This document shows positions 14,360 through 28,505 of a stretch of DNA of 64,000 nt, piece by piece. This stretch comes from the human T2T-CHM13v2.0 reference genome, Homo sapiens, in NCBI RefSeq assembly GCF_009914755.1, contig NC_060927.1, one strand, 5' to 3'. The notes under the pieces were generated by a model. It was not told where the DNA came from. It worked only from the letters and a program-made list of their open reading frames with translations, and made no database searches. Position numbers and translations under genes: made by a program. Within the stretch, counting starts at the first letter, position 1. Every line of letters begins with the position of its first letter.

Positions 14360-15110
14360 CTACCGCATACCATACACAAAATGGCAAATAGATTAAAAAC
14401 CCAGAAAACTAAAACTTTAAACTTTTAGGAGAAAATGTGAGAGAATATCTTGATGACTTTGTGATAGGGTAAAGGATAAGCTTGTGAAGAAAAAGATCAG
14501 TTTGGGTACATTAAAAGATTTTAACTTACAGAAAACATATACTGCAAAAGAGTCGGAAGATAAGACATACTGGGAAAAGGTATTTGTGATGTTTAAAACT
14601 TACAGAAGGTTAATATACAGAATACATGTAGAACTCCTATAGATCAATAAGAAAAAGACAACTCTGAAGAAAAATGAGCAAAGGATATAAACAAGCTACT
14701 TGTAAAAGAAGTGCAAATGGAAAATATACATATGAAAACATCCTTAATCTCACCAATAAATAGGGGAATACAAATTAAAACAACAATGAAATTTCATTTT
14801 GCATCTACAATATTGGCAACAGTTTTTAAATCCAGCAGTACCAGTGAGGCAAGGATGTCAAAAAATGGAATTGTAAATTGATTGAACTACTTTAGAGAGG
14901 CAACCATTATGAGTATTTTTTGTGGGTTCCTTTTCTAAACTGTTAGTGTTTAATAAAATGGAAGATTCAGATACCTCCAATCCAGAAATTTCACCTCTAG
15001 ATAGACAACACACTGCACACACAAGAAAACCTGTTTAGGGCACCATCGCTTGTAATAGCAAAAAGTGGAAATTACATAAAAGCTTACCAGTAGAAGAATG
15101 GATGGATTAT
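14360..15110 (+). mobile_element. Old L1 (L1ME-like) 3' fragment
   Basis: A-rich L1 ORF2 3' motifs (gaaaaaatgagcaaaggatataaac; aatacaaattaaaacaacaatga). Confidence 0.7.
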
Positions 15111-15949
15111 TATAAAGATAACACCCTTGATGTTATCTTTCACCATTCAAGCAAAGAATTGGAACTTTGCCACCACCTTAGAAGCTTCTTCTATGACTGC
15201 TATCCAAATCACAAATCCTCTTCTACCACTTATAAGTAACCATTATCTTGACTATCAACAATAGTTTACTTGCTTTAAAAAAAAGGTTGTATTGTCACCC
15301 AAATGTGCAACCCCAGATGCTGTCGTTTAGTCTTGCCCATTAGCAAAAATTGATATGTTTTCTAAGTTTCTTGTAATCTATATTGGTAGATGAACCTAGA
15401 GTCTGGACTAGACCAAGGTTTGATTCCTTTGCAAGGCAGAAGGCAGATAATGTCTGATTGTCTCTCTGTAATATAAGCAGCCACTTATGCTTAATGCTCA
15501 CTAATTCCATGGTGATCACAAAATGGCAATATTCTAATTCTTTTCTATTCTCTCATTTTCATTTATTAGTTGGAATATTTTTATAAGGGGAAATTGAAAT
15601 TCAAACTGTTCCATCTGTGGCTTTGAGTCTTTTTGAAAAACAAACAAAAAAGCCCTAGTTGTCATTCATAGTTTCCTTGTTCTATATTATGTCAAGAGGT
15701 TCCAAGGTCATTTTGTTTATTTCCTGCAACAGACCAGGAATCAGCCATTTCTTCAGGAAGCCCTGTTTTGTTTTGTTTTCTTTGTCTTTATTTATTTTTT
15801 AATCTTTTGTTGCTGCTGCTGCTGTTGTTGTTTAATGAGAATTGGCATTTCAAGGCCATAATCTGGGTGTTCATTGCATTTGGGTTGGCCCTTGCTTCTA
15901 GGCCTTTTCAATGGACAGAGTCAGGATATAAATAATACCTTGAGTATAT

Positions 15950-15953
<4 letters not shown>

Positions 15954-15999
<46 letters not shown>
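15954..15999. repeat. (TG)~23 microsatellite
   Basis: Directly visible. Confidence 0.98.
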
Positions 16000-16000
<1 letters not shown>

Positions 16001-16069
16001 TGTTTTTGGTCTGTCCTTTTTTTAAAAAAAATATTTTGGTTAAATATATAAATACATTTTTTTGTTTTG

Positions 16070-16275
16070 ATTTTTTTTTTTTTTTACATTAAGTTCCAGG
16101 ATACATGTGCAGAATGTGCAGGTTTGTTACACAGGTATACATGTGCCATGGTGGTTTGTTGCACCTATCAACCCATCATCTAGGTTTTAAGCCCCGCATG
16201 CATTAGGTATTTGTCCTAATGCTCTCCCTCCCCTTTCCCCTAACCCAGCAACAGGCCCAGGTGTATGTTGTTCCC
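16070..16275 (-). mobile_element. Short 5'-truncated L1PA 3' end
   Basis: Poly-T then aagttccaggatacatgtgcagaatgtgcaggtttgttac...ttaggtatttgtcctaatgctc. Confidence 0.9.
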
Positions 16276-16694
16276 CTTGAGTTCATCTTGACCTGTCCCA
16301 TTCAAATTCATGTCTGCCACAGTTGATTTTGCTAGGTATAAAATTCCTAGCTCATACCTTCTTTCTTGCCTTGTTTATCTTTTTGTGTCTGTGCATATTT
16401 TTTATTCTAATTGTGCTGACAGTATGCTTTTTGGCAACCATACTTCCAAAGCAATGTTTCCTTGGTATCTTAAGTTCATATATTTTCCTTGGCCATAAAA
16501 CATTGCTGGCAAAAAGTCTGATGATAATCTAATCGTCTTTTCCTTATAACTCATGCTGTCTATTACCTCCCTCTCCCTATCTCTGCCCAGGTTCCCTCAA
16601 GGAATCTTTCTTTCTCTTTTAAAATATAGCAAACATATTATGATATGTCCTGGTGTTGGTTGTATGACGATATTTTCAAATATACAGTATACTT

Positions 16695-17031
16695 TTTCTT
16701 TTTCTTTCTTTCTTTCTTTTTTCTTTTTTTTTTTTTTTTTTTTTTCGAGACAGGATCTCACTCTGACACCCAGACTGTAGTGCACTGGTGCGATCTCAGC
16801 TCACTGCAACCTCCGCCTCCCAGGCTAAGCACTTCTCCTGCCTCAGCCTCCCAAGTAGCTGGGATTACAGGCCCACGCCACCATGCCCTGCTAATTTTTT
16901 TTGTATTTTTAGTAGAGATGAGGTTTCACCATGTTGGTCAGGCCGGTCTTGAACTCGTGACCTCAAATGATCCACCCACCTTGGCCCTTCAAAATGCTGG
17001 GATTACAGACGTGAGACACCTCGCACTGCCG
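16695..17031 (-). mobile_element. Alu
   Basis: Full antisense Alu with (TTTC)n/poly-T tail. Confidence 0.93.
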
Positions 17032-17412
17032 GTATACTTTTTCAATACGTAGTTTTAAATCTTTTTTTCTTTTCAGGAAAGCGTTTATTTGAATTACAGT
17101 ATTTGCTCTGTTCCCTTGCTTTGCTTTTCTTTTTCGGGGAGTTCATTATCTGTAATGTCACTCTCCTTTGCATATCTTTATAATTGTTAGTTAGTCTTGA
17201 ATTCTTTTGATTTCTTTCTTCATTTGTTAAAATAATCTTTTTTTATCTTGTATTTATTTGGAGACATTATTGGTTGCATTTTTTACTCATTCCTTCTAGC
17301 TTAACCTTTTCTGACATGATTTTTTCTCTTTATTTCTAATTCTTTCCTGAGTTTTATCATATCATTTGTATGTTATTCTAATTCTGTTTTGTTCTTTCAT
17401 TTCTCATACCAC

Positions 17413-17709
17413 TTTTTTTTTTTTTTTTTGAGATGGAATCTCACTCTGTCGCCCTGGCTGGAGTGCAGTGGTGTGAGCTCGGCTCAATGCAACCTCTGCC
17501 TCCTGGGTTCAAGCAAATCTCCTGCCTCAGTCTCCTGAGTAGCTGGGATTACAGGCACCCACCACCACACCCGGCTAATTTTTTTTTTTTTTTGTATTTT
17601 TAGCCAACGATGTTGGCCAGGCTGGTTTCGAACTCCTGACCCCAAGTGATCCAACTGCCTCGGCCTCCCAAAGTGCTAGGATTACAGGCATGAGCCACCA
17701 TGCTCCGCT
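17413..17709 (-). mobile_element. Alu
   Basis: Antisense Alu with a small left-arm deletion. Confidence 0.93.
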
Positions 17710-19523
17710 TCACATCACTTTGTAACTATCATTTAGTTCATTTTGAAATAGTGGCTACCAACATTGATCTGTTTTGTAGGTACTTTTTTTTTTTGGTCAT
17801 GCTTTCATTGTCTGTAGGTCTGTATTCTCATTTTTAAAACAGAAATGCTGTGTGAGATTCTACCTTGATATTTTCTGTCCCTCATTTTTATGTAAAATTC
17901 TTGAACTCTTAGAATGACATAGGGTGCAGGAAAGTTTTTGAAATTCCACAGAGCTTCCTCTTCTGTTGTGTTTGTATAGTGTTTACAAATATGGCAGCTT
18001 GCTTTCTAAGATGTGCTGGCTGTGTTCCCCATCCCATTTGGTTTTAGATCCGCTCTTTTCTTTATCTCTGTTGTCCCTGTCTATTGCAGTTTTGATTCCA
18101 CTCTTCACAGTTTCTCCTCAGTGTGAGGCTTTGTCCTAGAAGGTCAGATTTGAGAGTTTATGGTGGCTGGACAGTTCAGCCCTTTCAATCCTTCTTACCA
18201 CAGGCTTTTTGTACTCACTCAGTATTGGAGAGAACAAATCCCTCCCAGTTTCAGCTACTATTCTCAAATTGGTTCCCTGTGCTTTCCAAACTATTGGCTA
18301 TTTTGTGGTTCTCCTGTTCTCAGGTCTAGAGGATGCCGTGTTGCTTCTTTCTTCTTCCTCCTGCATGGACAACCATACCAGGTCTATAGCTGTTGGTGGT
18401 TTGACCCCACAACCTGCACTTGGGAGTAGGGCACATCTTGAGGGGTCATCTTGTCACTTAGTTTTGTCGTAGAGCTGTCCATAGGTTTTTTCTGCTACAG
18501 TTGCTCTATTAGTTTTCATGTGGGGATTCAAACAGATTAAAAACCTATGCTGTCATCGTTGCTTTCTTCCCAGAGTACCTCTAACTCAACAGCATTTTGG
18601 TCCTGTAGCTACCCATTTAGAGAAGTTTCTTTTTCTTGATATAAGTCATTTTTCTTTTTTACTTTTTATTATGAAATAATGACAAGAAGTTGCAAATAAG
18701 TGTACACAGAAGTCCCATGCATCCTTCACCTACTCTTCTAATGTTGACATCTTGTATAACTATAGTATAATGTCAAAACCAGGAAATTGACATTGGTATA
18801 ATCCATATAACTTACTCAAATTTCACTAGCTATGCACACACTCATTTGTGTGTGTGTGTATGTGTGTGTGTAGTTCTGTGCAATTTTATCACATCCATAG
18901 CTTTGTGTAACTGTCACAATCAAAGTACAGAACTGGTCTATCATCAGAAAGCTTCCTCAAACTAAACTCTGAGAGCCACTTCCTCAATCTCTAACCCATA
19001 GGAACTGCTAAATCAGTTCCTCATCTCTATGATTGTGTTATTTAAAGAATGCTATATAAAAATTATTTCTATTTATATGGAATTATATTTTATTTATATA
19101 ATTATAAAATTCCTTTTGAGATTGAACTTTTTTACGCAGCATAGTTCTCTTGAATGTGTCAGGTTGTGTGTATCAAGCCTGTACATTCATGTGCAGGCTC
19201 TTGCATGAACATAGGTTTTAATTTCTCTAGGATAATTGCCTAAGAGTACAATCACTGGGTCATATGGTAGATGTATTTTTTGTTTTAGAAGAAACAGGCA
19301 AACTATTTTTCAAAGTGGCTGTACCTTTTTTTATTCCCATCAGCAATGTATGAATGATCCAGCTTCTCTGCTTCCTCTTCAACATTTGGTGTTAATACTC
19401 TTTTTAAATTTTACACATTCTGATAGGTATGTAGTAATATTGCATTCTGATTTTAGTTTGTCTTTACCTAATGGCTAATGATGTTGAACATCTTTTCCTG
19501 TACTTATTTGCCATTTGTATATC

Positions 19524-19573
19524 TTCTGAGATCAGATGAGATTGGGTACATTCAGGGCGTTATGGCCATAGAC
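19524..19573 (-). pseudogene. 5S rRNA retropseudogene (nt 1-50 only, tailless)
   Basis: Reverse complement GTCTATGGCCATAACGCCCTGAATGTACCCAATCTCATCTGATCTCAGAA matches 41/50 nt of the human 5S 5' end; 7 of 9 differences are CpG transitions. 13-bp TSD CCATTTGTATATC at 19511-19523 and 19575-19587. Confidence 0.92.
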
Positions 19574-19676
19574 ACCATTTGTATATCCTTCTCAGTGAAA
19601 TGTCTTTGATGTCATTGGCTTGTTTTCTTGTTTTCTTTTCTTTGCCTGCCTGCCTTCCTTCCTTCCTTCCTTCCTT

Positions 19677-19968
19677 CTTTTTGAGATGGTGTCTTTACTG
19701 TCACTCATGGTGGAATAAAGTGGCATGATCACAGTTCACTGTAGCCTCAACCTCCCGAGCTCAAGCGATCCTCCCACCTCAGCCTCCTGAGTAGCTGGGA
19801 CTACAGGTGCATGCCACCATGCCTGGCTAGTTTTTTTAAAAAAAATTTTATAGAGACAGGGTCTCCCTATGTTGCCTAGGCTTGTCTCAAACTCCTGGGC
19901 TCAAGTGATCCTCATATCTTGGCCTCCCAAAGTGCTGGGATTACAGGTGTGAGCCACCATGCCTGGCC
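19677..19968 (-). mobile_element. AluJ
   Basis: J-type motifs (cactgtagcctcaacctcc, ctcaagcgatcctcccacc). Confidence 0.9.
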
Positions 19969-20330
19969 TTTGTTTTCTGATTGGATTATGTGTTCTCTTA
20001 ATGTTGAAATTTGAAAGTTTTTTAAAAAATGTATTCTAGTTACTAGTCCTGTGTCAGATACATGGTTTGTAAACATTTTCCACCAGTCTTTATCTTACTT
20101 TTTTCATCCTCTTAACAGGGTCTTTCATAGAGCAAAAGTTTTTAATTCAGTGATGTATAATTTATCAATTTTTCCTTTTATAGATTATGCTTTTGGTGTC
20201 AAGTCTAAGAACTCTTGCCTAGCTCTTGATCCCAAAGATTTTCTCCCATGCTTTTTTTTTTCTAAAAGTCTTACAGTTTACAATTTATATTTAAGTCTGT
20301 GATCCATTTTGAGTTCATTTTTGTGTAATG

Positions 20331-20494
20331 TTATTTTTTTATTTTTTGAGATAAGAGTCTTGCTCTGTTTCCCAGGCTGGAGTGCAGTGGGATAGTCACG
20401 GCTCACTGGAGCCTCAATCTCCTGAGCTCAAGTGATCCTCTTGTCTTGGCCTCCCAGAGTGCTGAGATTACAGTCATGAGTCACTGCACCGGGC
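20331..20494 (-). mobile_element. Alu monomer (FLAM/FRAM-like)
   Basis: Single-arm antisense Alu. Confidence 0.85.
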
Positions 20495-21534
20495 TGAAGA
20501 CTCATTTTTTTAAACTGTGGATGTTCAATTGCTCCAAAACCATTTGTTGAAAAGCCTATCCTTCCTCCATTGAATTGCTTTTGTACTCTTTACAAAATTC
20601 AGCTAGAAATATATGTGGGTCTCTTTCTTGATTCTCTTGCTGGGGCAGTTAATCTGTATTCTATTCAGGTCCACCCACAGTATGGAGGGAAATCTGCTTT
20701 ACTCAAATTCCACCTATTTAAATGTAAATCTCATCAAAAACAGCCTCACAGAAACATCCAGAATTAATGTTTGACCAAATATCTGGGCACCATGGACCAG
20801 TGAAGTTGACACACAAAATTAATTATCACCCTGTATTGTATTTTATTTTGAGAAGTTTCCTGTGTCATTAAGTCCTATGATTTTTGATGATTGCATAGAA
20901 TTCTGTTATATAAATATATCGTAATGTATTAGCCTGATCTCCAGTTGTTGTACTTTTAAGATGTTTCCACATCTTACAAGTTTTTGCTATTTTAAATAAT
21001 GTTATGTGAACAAACATCCTTGTATGTACCTCTTACTACCCACTTGTAAAAAAGAGAGAAATTTCTGGGTCAAAGGATGCAAATTTTTTTTAAAGCTTTT
21101 AAATGCATCTTGCCATATACCTTTCCATAAAGACCTTATTCCTGCTAATAACATGTGATATTTGATCCTCAGAAAAGAATGTTATGGAGGTTCAAGTTTT
21201 TTTGTTTTAATAGTCTGAAAACTTCACATTATTTTTTAACTCAAACTTTAGTTTTTGCAATTTATTTTCCTAAATGTTGTATTTTGTCAGTTTTCTTTAT
21301 GTGTATGATGATCCTCTCCTTTATTGTAAATTGCAGCATTTTGTCCCTCTCAAATATGAGGCACTCAGGACTCTCAATTCCCCCAGTTCTTGTTTGGATC
21401 ACTTCTTATGGAGAGGCTTGTAGATTCAACAGAAGTGCTGAGGCATTACCTTTAGATTCTGTGACATTGCAGTTAATAACTGAAAGGAAGCCTTTCTGAA
21501 GTATAGCACACTGATGAACTGGATTGATAAAGTC

Positions 21535-21795
21535 TTTTTTTTTTTTTTTTTTGCTATGGAGTCTTGCTTAGTCGCCCAGGCTGGAGTGAAGTGGCATGAT
21601 CTGGGCTCACTGCAAGCTTCGCCTCCCGGGTTCAGGCCATTCTCCTGCCTCAGCCTCCTGAGTAGCTGGGACTATAGGCACCTGCCACCAAGCCCAGCTA
21701 ATTTTTTGCATTTTTAGTGGAGACAGGGTTTCACTGTGTTAGCCAGGATGGTCTTGATCTCCTGACCTTGTGATCCGCCTGCCTCAGCCTCCCAA
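21535..21795 (-). mobile_element. AluY-like, 5'-truncated
   Basis: cactgcaagct...ccattctcc and gttagccaggatggtct diagnostics. Confidence 0.9.
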
Positions 21796-22149
21796 AAAGT
21801 TTTTTACATAGTAGTAAATTTTAACAGTAGTAGCTCGTCTGTTTTAGAATAATTGGTGCCTAGGGATTGAAGAGACCTTGAGAGGTCAACCAACTAATAA
21901 CACTTTTGGAGACAAAGCTACAGAGATTTCATCTTTGGCAGATGAGAATCAGGGCTGTGTTTGAAGGTCTCTTGTGTAAGAGATGATTTATTGGCTCTTC
22001 AAAATCTCTTCCAATGTCTAACAACTATTATGAAGCCCACCTTTAGCCAAAATCCTGAAGAATTTAATGATGCTTAATGCCAAGGTAACTGGATATTTAT
22101 ATAACCAATATTTTATAGGCAAATCTCTGAAAACATACCTTGCTTTGTC

Positions 22150-22181
<32 letters not shown>

Positions 22182-22638
22182 GCACCACTAGTGGCATAGT
22201 TTAAAAACAGTTCTCATAATCCATGCTTCACGGCTTTTTAGAATAAAAAATAATGGTGATATACCCTTAGAGACATGCTTTAGGACACTTGGTTAAAAAA
22301 GGTGTGTCTTTGATGACCACCTCAAAAGAGTGGCAGACTTCACAGTATAACTTGATAATATACAAGGAAATGGATGATTATACTATGACACGTTGCCACT
22401 AAACAAGAGTCTGACAATCAGGTCATTGAATAGAACATAGCACACAGTTTCAAGTATTTAAGCACTGCTTTCTGGGAAGTAAAAACTGACTCAAAACCAC
22501 TGATGTATTTTGACCGTTAAAAAGAAAAAAAGATGTAGCAGTTTAGCTCTTCTGGACATAGCATTTCCTTTCTAGAATGAGACCGGTTCAGTCAAGCTTG
22601 AAATCAGTAAGAGGAATGATGCTTTCCCTTAACTGTTA

Positions 22639-22971
<333 letters not shown>

Positions 22972-23594
22972 TCACTTTATGAGAATACACACACTGCAAG
23001 CTTCCTATTCTGTAAGAGAAGGTATTTTTTTTTTCACATTCAGCATGATAAGAAAATTCTCATTTTCTTGAGTGTCAGCATGATACTCAAATTCTCAGCT
23101 CAGAAGCTGCAGCTGTCGCAGTCACTTGGCAGCTTTTGCATCATCCTGCAGGCTCAAAAAGGTGCAGGGTAAAAAGCGCAGCTCCCTTTGGTACGCATCC
23201 CCAGCAGCATCTCCTCAAGGCAGGTGCCCAGGGCCGTTACTAGGGAAAGCAGGTATCTGGGCTTCAGGAGTGGGCTGGAGCCTCCCCTCAGGCCAGGGCT
23301 CCCAAGAAAGCCCAGAAGAGCATCTCTCCCAGTGCTGAAAGACTTGACACTTTCTGCTAGTGCTTTTTTGCTGCCCCATGTTTGTTTTAAGAACCTTAGC
23401 GTAGTAGAGTAGGGAGCTATCTTTTCCTCATGTTTTTAAAGAAGAAATAGGCTTAACTAGGAGAAAAAATGGAGTTGGAAGTCTCATTTTCTTTAATGTA
23501 GTCCAAATCCCTTTTTCTTTCTGGGGTATATTTACATCTTGTTGTTTTGGGAGAATTTTTGATCAAAGATTTGAAGAGTTCCCTTTCCTTCCAG

Positions 23595-24153
23595 TATTAG
23601 GAGATTCCCCAGGACCAACCTGAGGTTCACGACTTGCTAAAAAGGACTTATAAGGCTCAGCATATAGTTGTACTCATGGCTAAGATTTATTATAGTGCAA
23701 AGATACAAAGCAAAACAAGTAAAGATAAAAGTTGCATAGGGAAAGTCTGGAGGAAATCTGGGTCAAGCTTCCAAGAGTCCTCTCCCAGTGGAGTTACAAA
23801 GTACACACCTAATTCCTCCAGCAATGCTTTGTGGCCATTGTGCAAGGCAAGTGTTTATTATGGAGGCTCAATAGAGACTCAGTACCCCAGATAATGACTG
23901 GGTGCTGGTCAGGTAGGCACACTCTGCCTACCACATACACAAACTCCAGATTTGCAGAAGAAAGTCAGTTGTTCAGCATAAACCACATTAGTCGGGCAGT
24001 TTAGACCACTCTTATAATTTAAGGAAAATGTTATGTCACTGCAGGAACTGTTTACCAGCCAAGTTCCCAGAAGCCAGCTAAGGGCTAACCTTGCAAGCAG
24101 GTCCTTCTAAGGATGGGCAGTTTCAGGCCTGCTATATTAACCATTTTCTGTGT
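23595..24153 (-). mobile_element. MER21/MER68/MER77-like ERVL LTR
   Basis: ctcagcatatagttgtactcatggctaagatttatta...ccttgcaagcaggtccttctaagga...caggcctgctatattaac; subfamily uncertain. Confidence 0.75.
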
Positions 24154-26984
24154 AGCTGATCTCCTTGGTCAAGGCATTTTATAGCAAAATTATTAACAGT
24201 AGTGTCCCACGACACAGTATGAAACTAACCTGAGTATTGACTTTACTTAAAATCCAGAGGTCTTGGATTTAGCCAATTAAAACAAATCCCATTAGCTATA
24301 AAGGTTAATCTTAGGAAGCCAGGTGGCTTTCTCCTTAAGGTTTTGTATTAACCTTTTTTAACCTAGCCCGAGGCATCAATTCGAGCACAGCACATCTCTG
24401 GGTAGTAAATTGAAGCTGACCTGCATGCCTTCTTGGGCTGAGGCAGGCCAAGATAGTCAAGATAGGTACACAGGAAGGACAATCCCAGAGAGCATTCTTA
24501 GAAACAAAGAATTCAAGTTCAGTTACCCCAATGAAAACATGCGTTAGTCAGGTAGCACAGGTTAGCAGAGCCCCCAGTGTGTCTTCCCACCGTGGGGAAT
24601 TCAGCCTATGGTTTCCCTGTCCAGTCTAAATAATTCAGCTAAGTTCTTTGTTTTAGAAGGACTGCCTGAAGGCAGTTTGTTTCTTTCAGTTTTTCTCCTA
24701 AGTGTGGACAATATCTGGAGGTGTTCTTGGAAACTAGAGGAGCTGGGGCCAGTTGCTGCTATCTCATAGTCAGTGCTGTTGGGTGTGATCATAGGCTCAG
24801 CAGTCAGTTTGAATCAAGCCAGCATCCTGGAAAGGGATCACTGGTGTTCAGGAGCAGTTCTGAAAAACAGATCATTAATGCCCTCTTTCTCCTGCATCTC
24901 CCCAGGTGCCGGGTTTTTTTCTTCTTTGCTATTATGCAATAGTGTGATTCATTCAGAAATCATAACTTTACCTTTTCCCCAGCCATTGTTTATTCTTATC
25001 TAGACCATTTATAAGGAAGGGTAGAAAGGGTTGGGTGTAAGAGGGACAAAAGGATTTACATAGAAAATCATTGTTTCATGTAACAACCAGAAAAAACACA
25101 TCATGTTCCAGAATGGGCTAGGACAAAATCCTGAATTTTCAAAATTTTCAGACTGTGTTTACATTACCCTATCCCTTTTGTCCTGATTATTTATTCAGGA
25201 AGCAGCCTAGAAAATATCAATTTCTGTCTAGGAACAGCTGCATTTATCAATCAAACTGCCTAACTAAGAAGAGAGGTGAGCAAAGAAGAGTCAGACTATC
25301 AATCCATCATTGCAAATTTCAAAATACTCTGGCAAGCTGAACACAAATTAATAGCAGTGAGCTATCCCATAAGGGGTCAAGAGCCCTATCTGTCAGGAGT
25401 GGATGGAGGGGTCCCACTCTCTGTGATGTGCTCTCCCCTAGCTTGCAGCTTTTGACAGGGTTCTTGGGATTCATCATTTCTGGTGCAACTAGTTCGGTTT
25501 CAAATGGTCCTATCAAAGAGCAAGCCCTTTCCCGTAGGCATCTGCAAGTGATCCATGTGATTCGGATAGCAGAGTTTATGGCCCCACAGAGGAGTGTTGT
25601 AAACAAACCTGCAATAGTCCCCGAGGCTGAATTATGTTCCTTGAGCCTACGCCTGTCTTCAGAGATTGGAACAATCCCTCACAGACAGTATCAAGCTTAG
25701 CATAAGCTCCAGGCAATTAGGATCTATGAATTCAGGATTCCAAACTAGCTAGCAACTTTTCCTCTATAGCAGCAGCAAAGCCAAGAAGATACAGGGCCAA
25801 ACGGCTTTGTTCCAAGTCCAATTGACAAGAAATGTTTTCTAAGCCCTGTTTACACGGTCAGATTTAGAGTCCAATTGACCCACTCCAAAATATGCACGTT
25901 AGGCTGGAAAATCATTAGCCTCTAAGGGTCAGACAGACACCTGATTATATAAGAACTTATTAGCAAACTAAAAACTGCTTTTTAAAATTCAAAAGGTGTT
26001 TTTTCCAGTGGAGATGAGCTATGCTTCTATGTTGTCTACCTTTTCCCATAGGCTCCAACAGGCAAAAATTATAGCAAAAATAATCAGTTATGGAGATTTC
26101 AGTACTTAAATACTCAGAGTTTACATTGTAATTCATCTAGTAGCAACAAAAATCAAGAGGTGCATATTCTTCTAATACTTCTTATAGAGTAGCTTTCCCT
26201 AACTGGGGTAATCCCTCAAGCATTTATGAAAGTATAAGCATATAATATTTTACATCAGTTTTTATCATATATTCAGGTGCTATAGACACAGAATAGAAGC
26301 CATTTTAAAAAATCTCTCTTTTTTTCATTGCAGGTTTACTCAAACTCCTAGTAGTAAAGTGGTAAATTCAGCGTATATGATTCACATTATACCTGGTGAG
26401 AGATTCCCAGTTGGAATGCAAGGGGCTGCTGTATGAGGCGATGGGGTATTATTTCCCCCCTCCCCTTTCTTGCTGGTTTATCTAAAGCCTTGTTCTAGCT
26501 CTTGGAACTGACTTAACAAAAACGTTAAAAGTTTGCATTGCTTTCTCTTCCTTCCCACTTGGAGGAGAAAGCAATGCAAACTTTTAACATTTTTGGCCCA
26601 TGCAAAATGTGTTTTGGGAATGTTTGGGCCCTTTCTCTTCTCATCTAGAGGAGAGAACAAAACCCAAAGGCATCAGCCAGGCTGCACTTTTTAATCCCTT
26701 CATTTTAGCTACCCGTGGCCAAAAGCAGCCAAGGAATCTAATGAACCAATTGTCCTGGGGTTGGATCTGTCATTTTGAATTCTGTAGGTAACTTTTACCT
26801 CTCACAACAGACATCATCTCAGCAGCTGATTCATACTATAGATGGCTAGGTAGCCACTGGGCATTGAAGGTTCACCATCATGTCTTCTTCATCCTTCCTT
26901 TTCCCAAACCCTGCTTTAGCCATAGTTCAGTGGTTTGGGTTGTTTTTTTAGCAAATCCCACTTCTGATAGTAGCTGTCATCCCC

Positions 26985-27198
26985 AGTTTGGGGATTTGCT
27001 AGAACTCAGCATATAGTTGTACTCATGGATAAGATTTATTATGTTGAAAGGATACAAGGTAAAACTGAGAAAGAAAATGGAAAAGGCATATGGGGTACAG
27101 TCTGGAGGAAATTAGGCACACTCTTCCAAAAAGTCTTGTTCCAGTGAAGTCCCACAGGATGTGCTTAATTCCTCCAGCAATGAGTTGTGATAACACAG
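26985..27198 (-). mobile_element. Fragment of the same ERVL LTR family
   Basis: ctcagcatatagttgtactcatggataagatttatta...taattcctccagcaatgagttgtgataacac, homologous to 23655-23830. Confidence 0.75.
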
Positions 27199-27601
27199 GA
27201 AGTCTTGGCCATTTGCAAAAAATAAAAATGTTAGAAGATATGTTAAGCTTTGGCTACTTTTCCTTAGTAACATAAAAGTTGTGATGCCATGCTCTGTAAA
27301 CATTGGTCATAGTTATCAAGCTTATCTTTTTGCAGCTCAAGGAAGGATTTTCGTAGGGCAAATGGCCAAGAATTCCTGATTGAAAATGCGAGACTTCTCC
27401 AAGTTCTCTTGAAATACTGGCAGGATGGTGGAAAGAGCCTGGACTTTGTTTTTCTATTCCCCGCTTCAAACTTGATTTTGCCGCTTAGTATTAATTTCAC
27501 TTTGGCAAGGGGTGATCTATTTGCATCTCAACTTCCTTATCAGTAAAATGTCATACAAATCTCCCAGTCACAGGGTTGTTATAAGAAAATTAGCATATAT
27601 G

Positions 27602-27908
<307 letters not shown>

Positions 27909-28029
27909 TTAGCGTATATGGAATACTTGGCTCCATACTTGATGCAAAGTAGGAGTTCCATAAATGTAATATTCTCTTTACTTTGAAAAAAATGCCCACT
28001 AAAAGACAGGGACTATAAAATTTATATAA

Positions 28030-28505
28030 ACTTTATAAAAGCCCCAACTAGAAGTAACCTAAATGACAGCCTAAAATGACCATCACTAGTAGACTGAATT
28101 TTTAAAAAATTGTGACATGTTGATGCAATGCAATACTACACACAGCGTCAACTATTGTTACTGCAAAAACATGGATATATCTCACTGACATCATGTTGAA
28201 TAACACAGGATAATGCATACTGTATAATGCCATTGAAAGTAAGTTCAAAAACAAGCAAATTAATCTATGGTGACACAGATCATTAATGGTAAACTTTTGA
28301 AGGGAGTATGGATTGGAAGGGGGATACATGGAGCCAGTTGGGGTGCTGGCAATGTTTTATGTCTTTACCTGCATGGTGGTGGTAACACAGGGGTATATGT
28401 ATATAAAAATTCATCAAGCTGTGCACTTATGATTTGTACATTTTACACGTACTTGTATATTATTTACATGTGTACATATATAAGTAATACCTCAATTTAA
28501 AAAAC
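28030..28505 (+). mobile_element. L1ME-like 3' end
   Basis: catactgtataatgccattgaaagtaagttcaaaaacaagc...aaaattcatcaagctgtgcactta...tacctcaatttaaaa. Confidence 0.75.

Larger units (their letters stand above)
18650..20640 (-). mobile_element. Old L1 (L1MB/MC-like) 3' region interrupted by the 5S fragment and Alus
   Basis: Antisense L1 3' motifs (gaaattgacattggta; ttcccatcagcaatgtatga; ccatttgttgaaaag). Confidence 0.75.

Noticed and set aside
26800-26900. Minus-strand TFNAQWLPSHL*YESAAEMM resembling a TTF-type zinc-finger start
   Set aside because: The CxxC and downstream His ligands are not recoverable; similarity too weak to call.
23595-27198. Two same-orientation MER21-like LTR copies as one provirus
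   Set aside because: The second copy is a short diverged fragment, and I see no PBS, PPT or gag/pol motifs between them. Kept only as an alternative to the relic-gene hypothesis.
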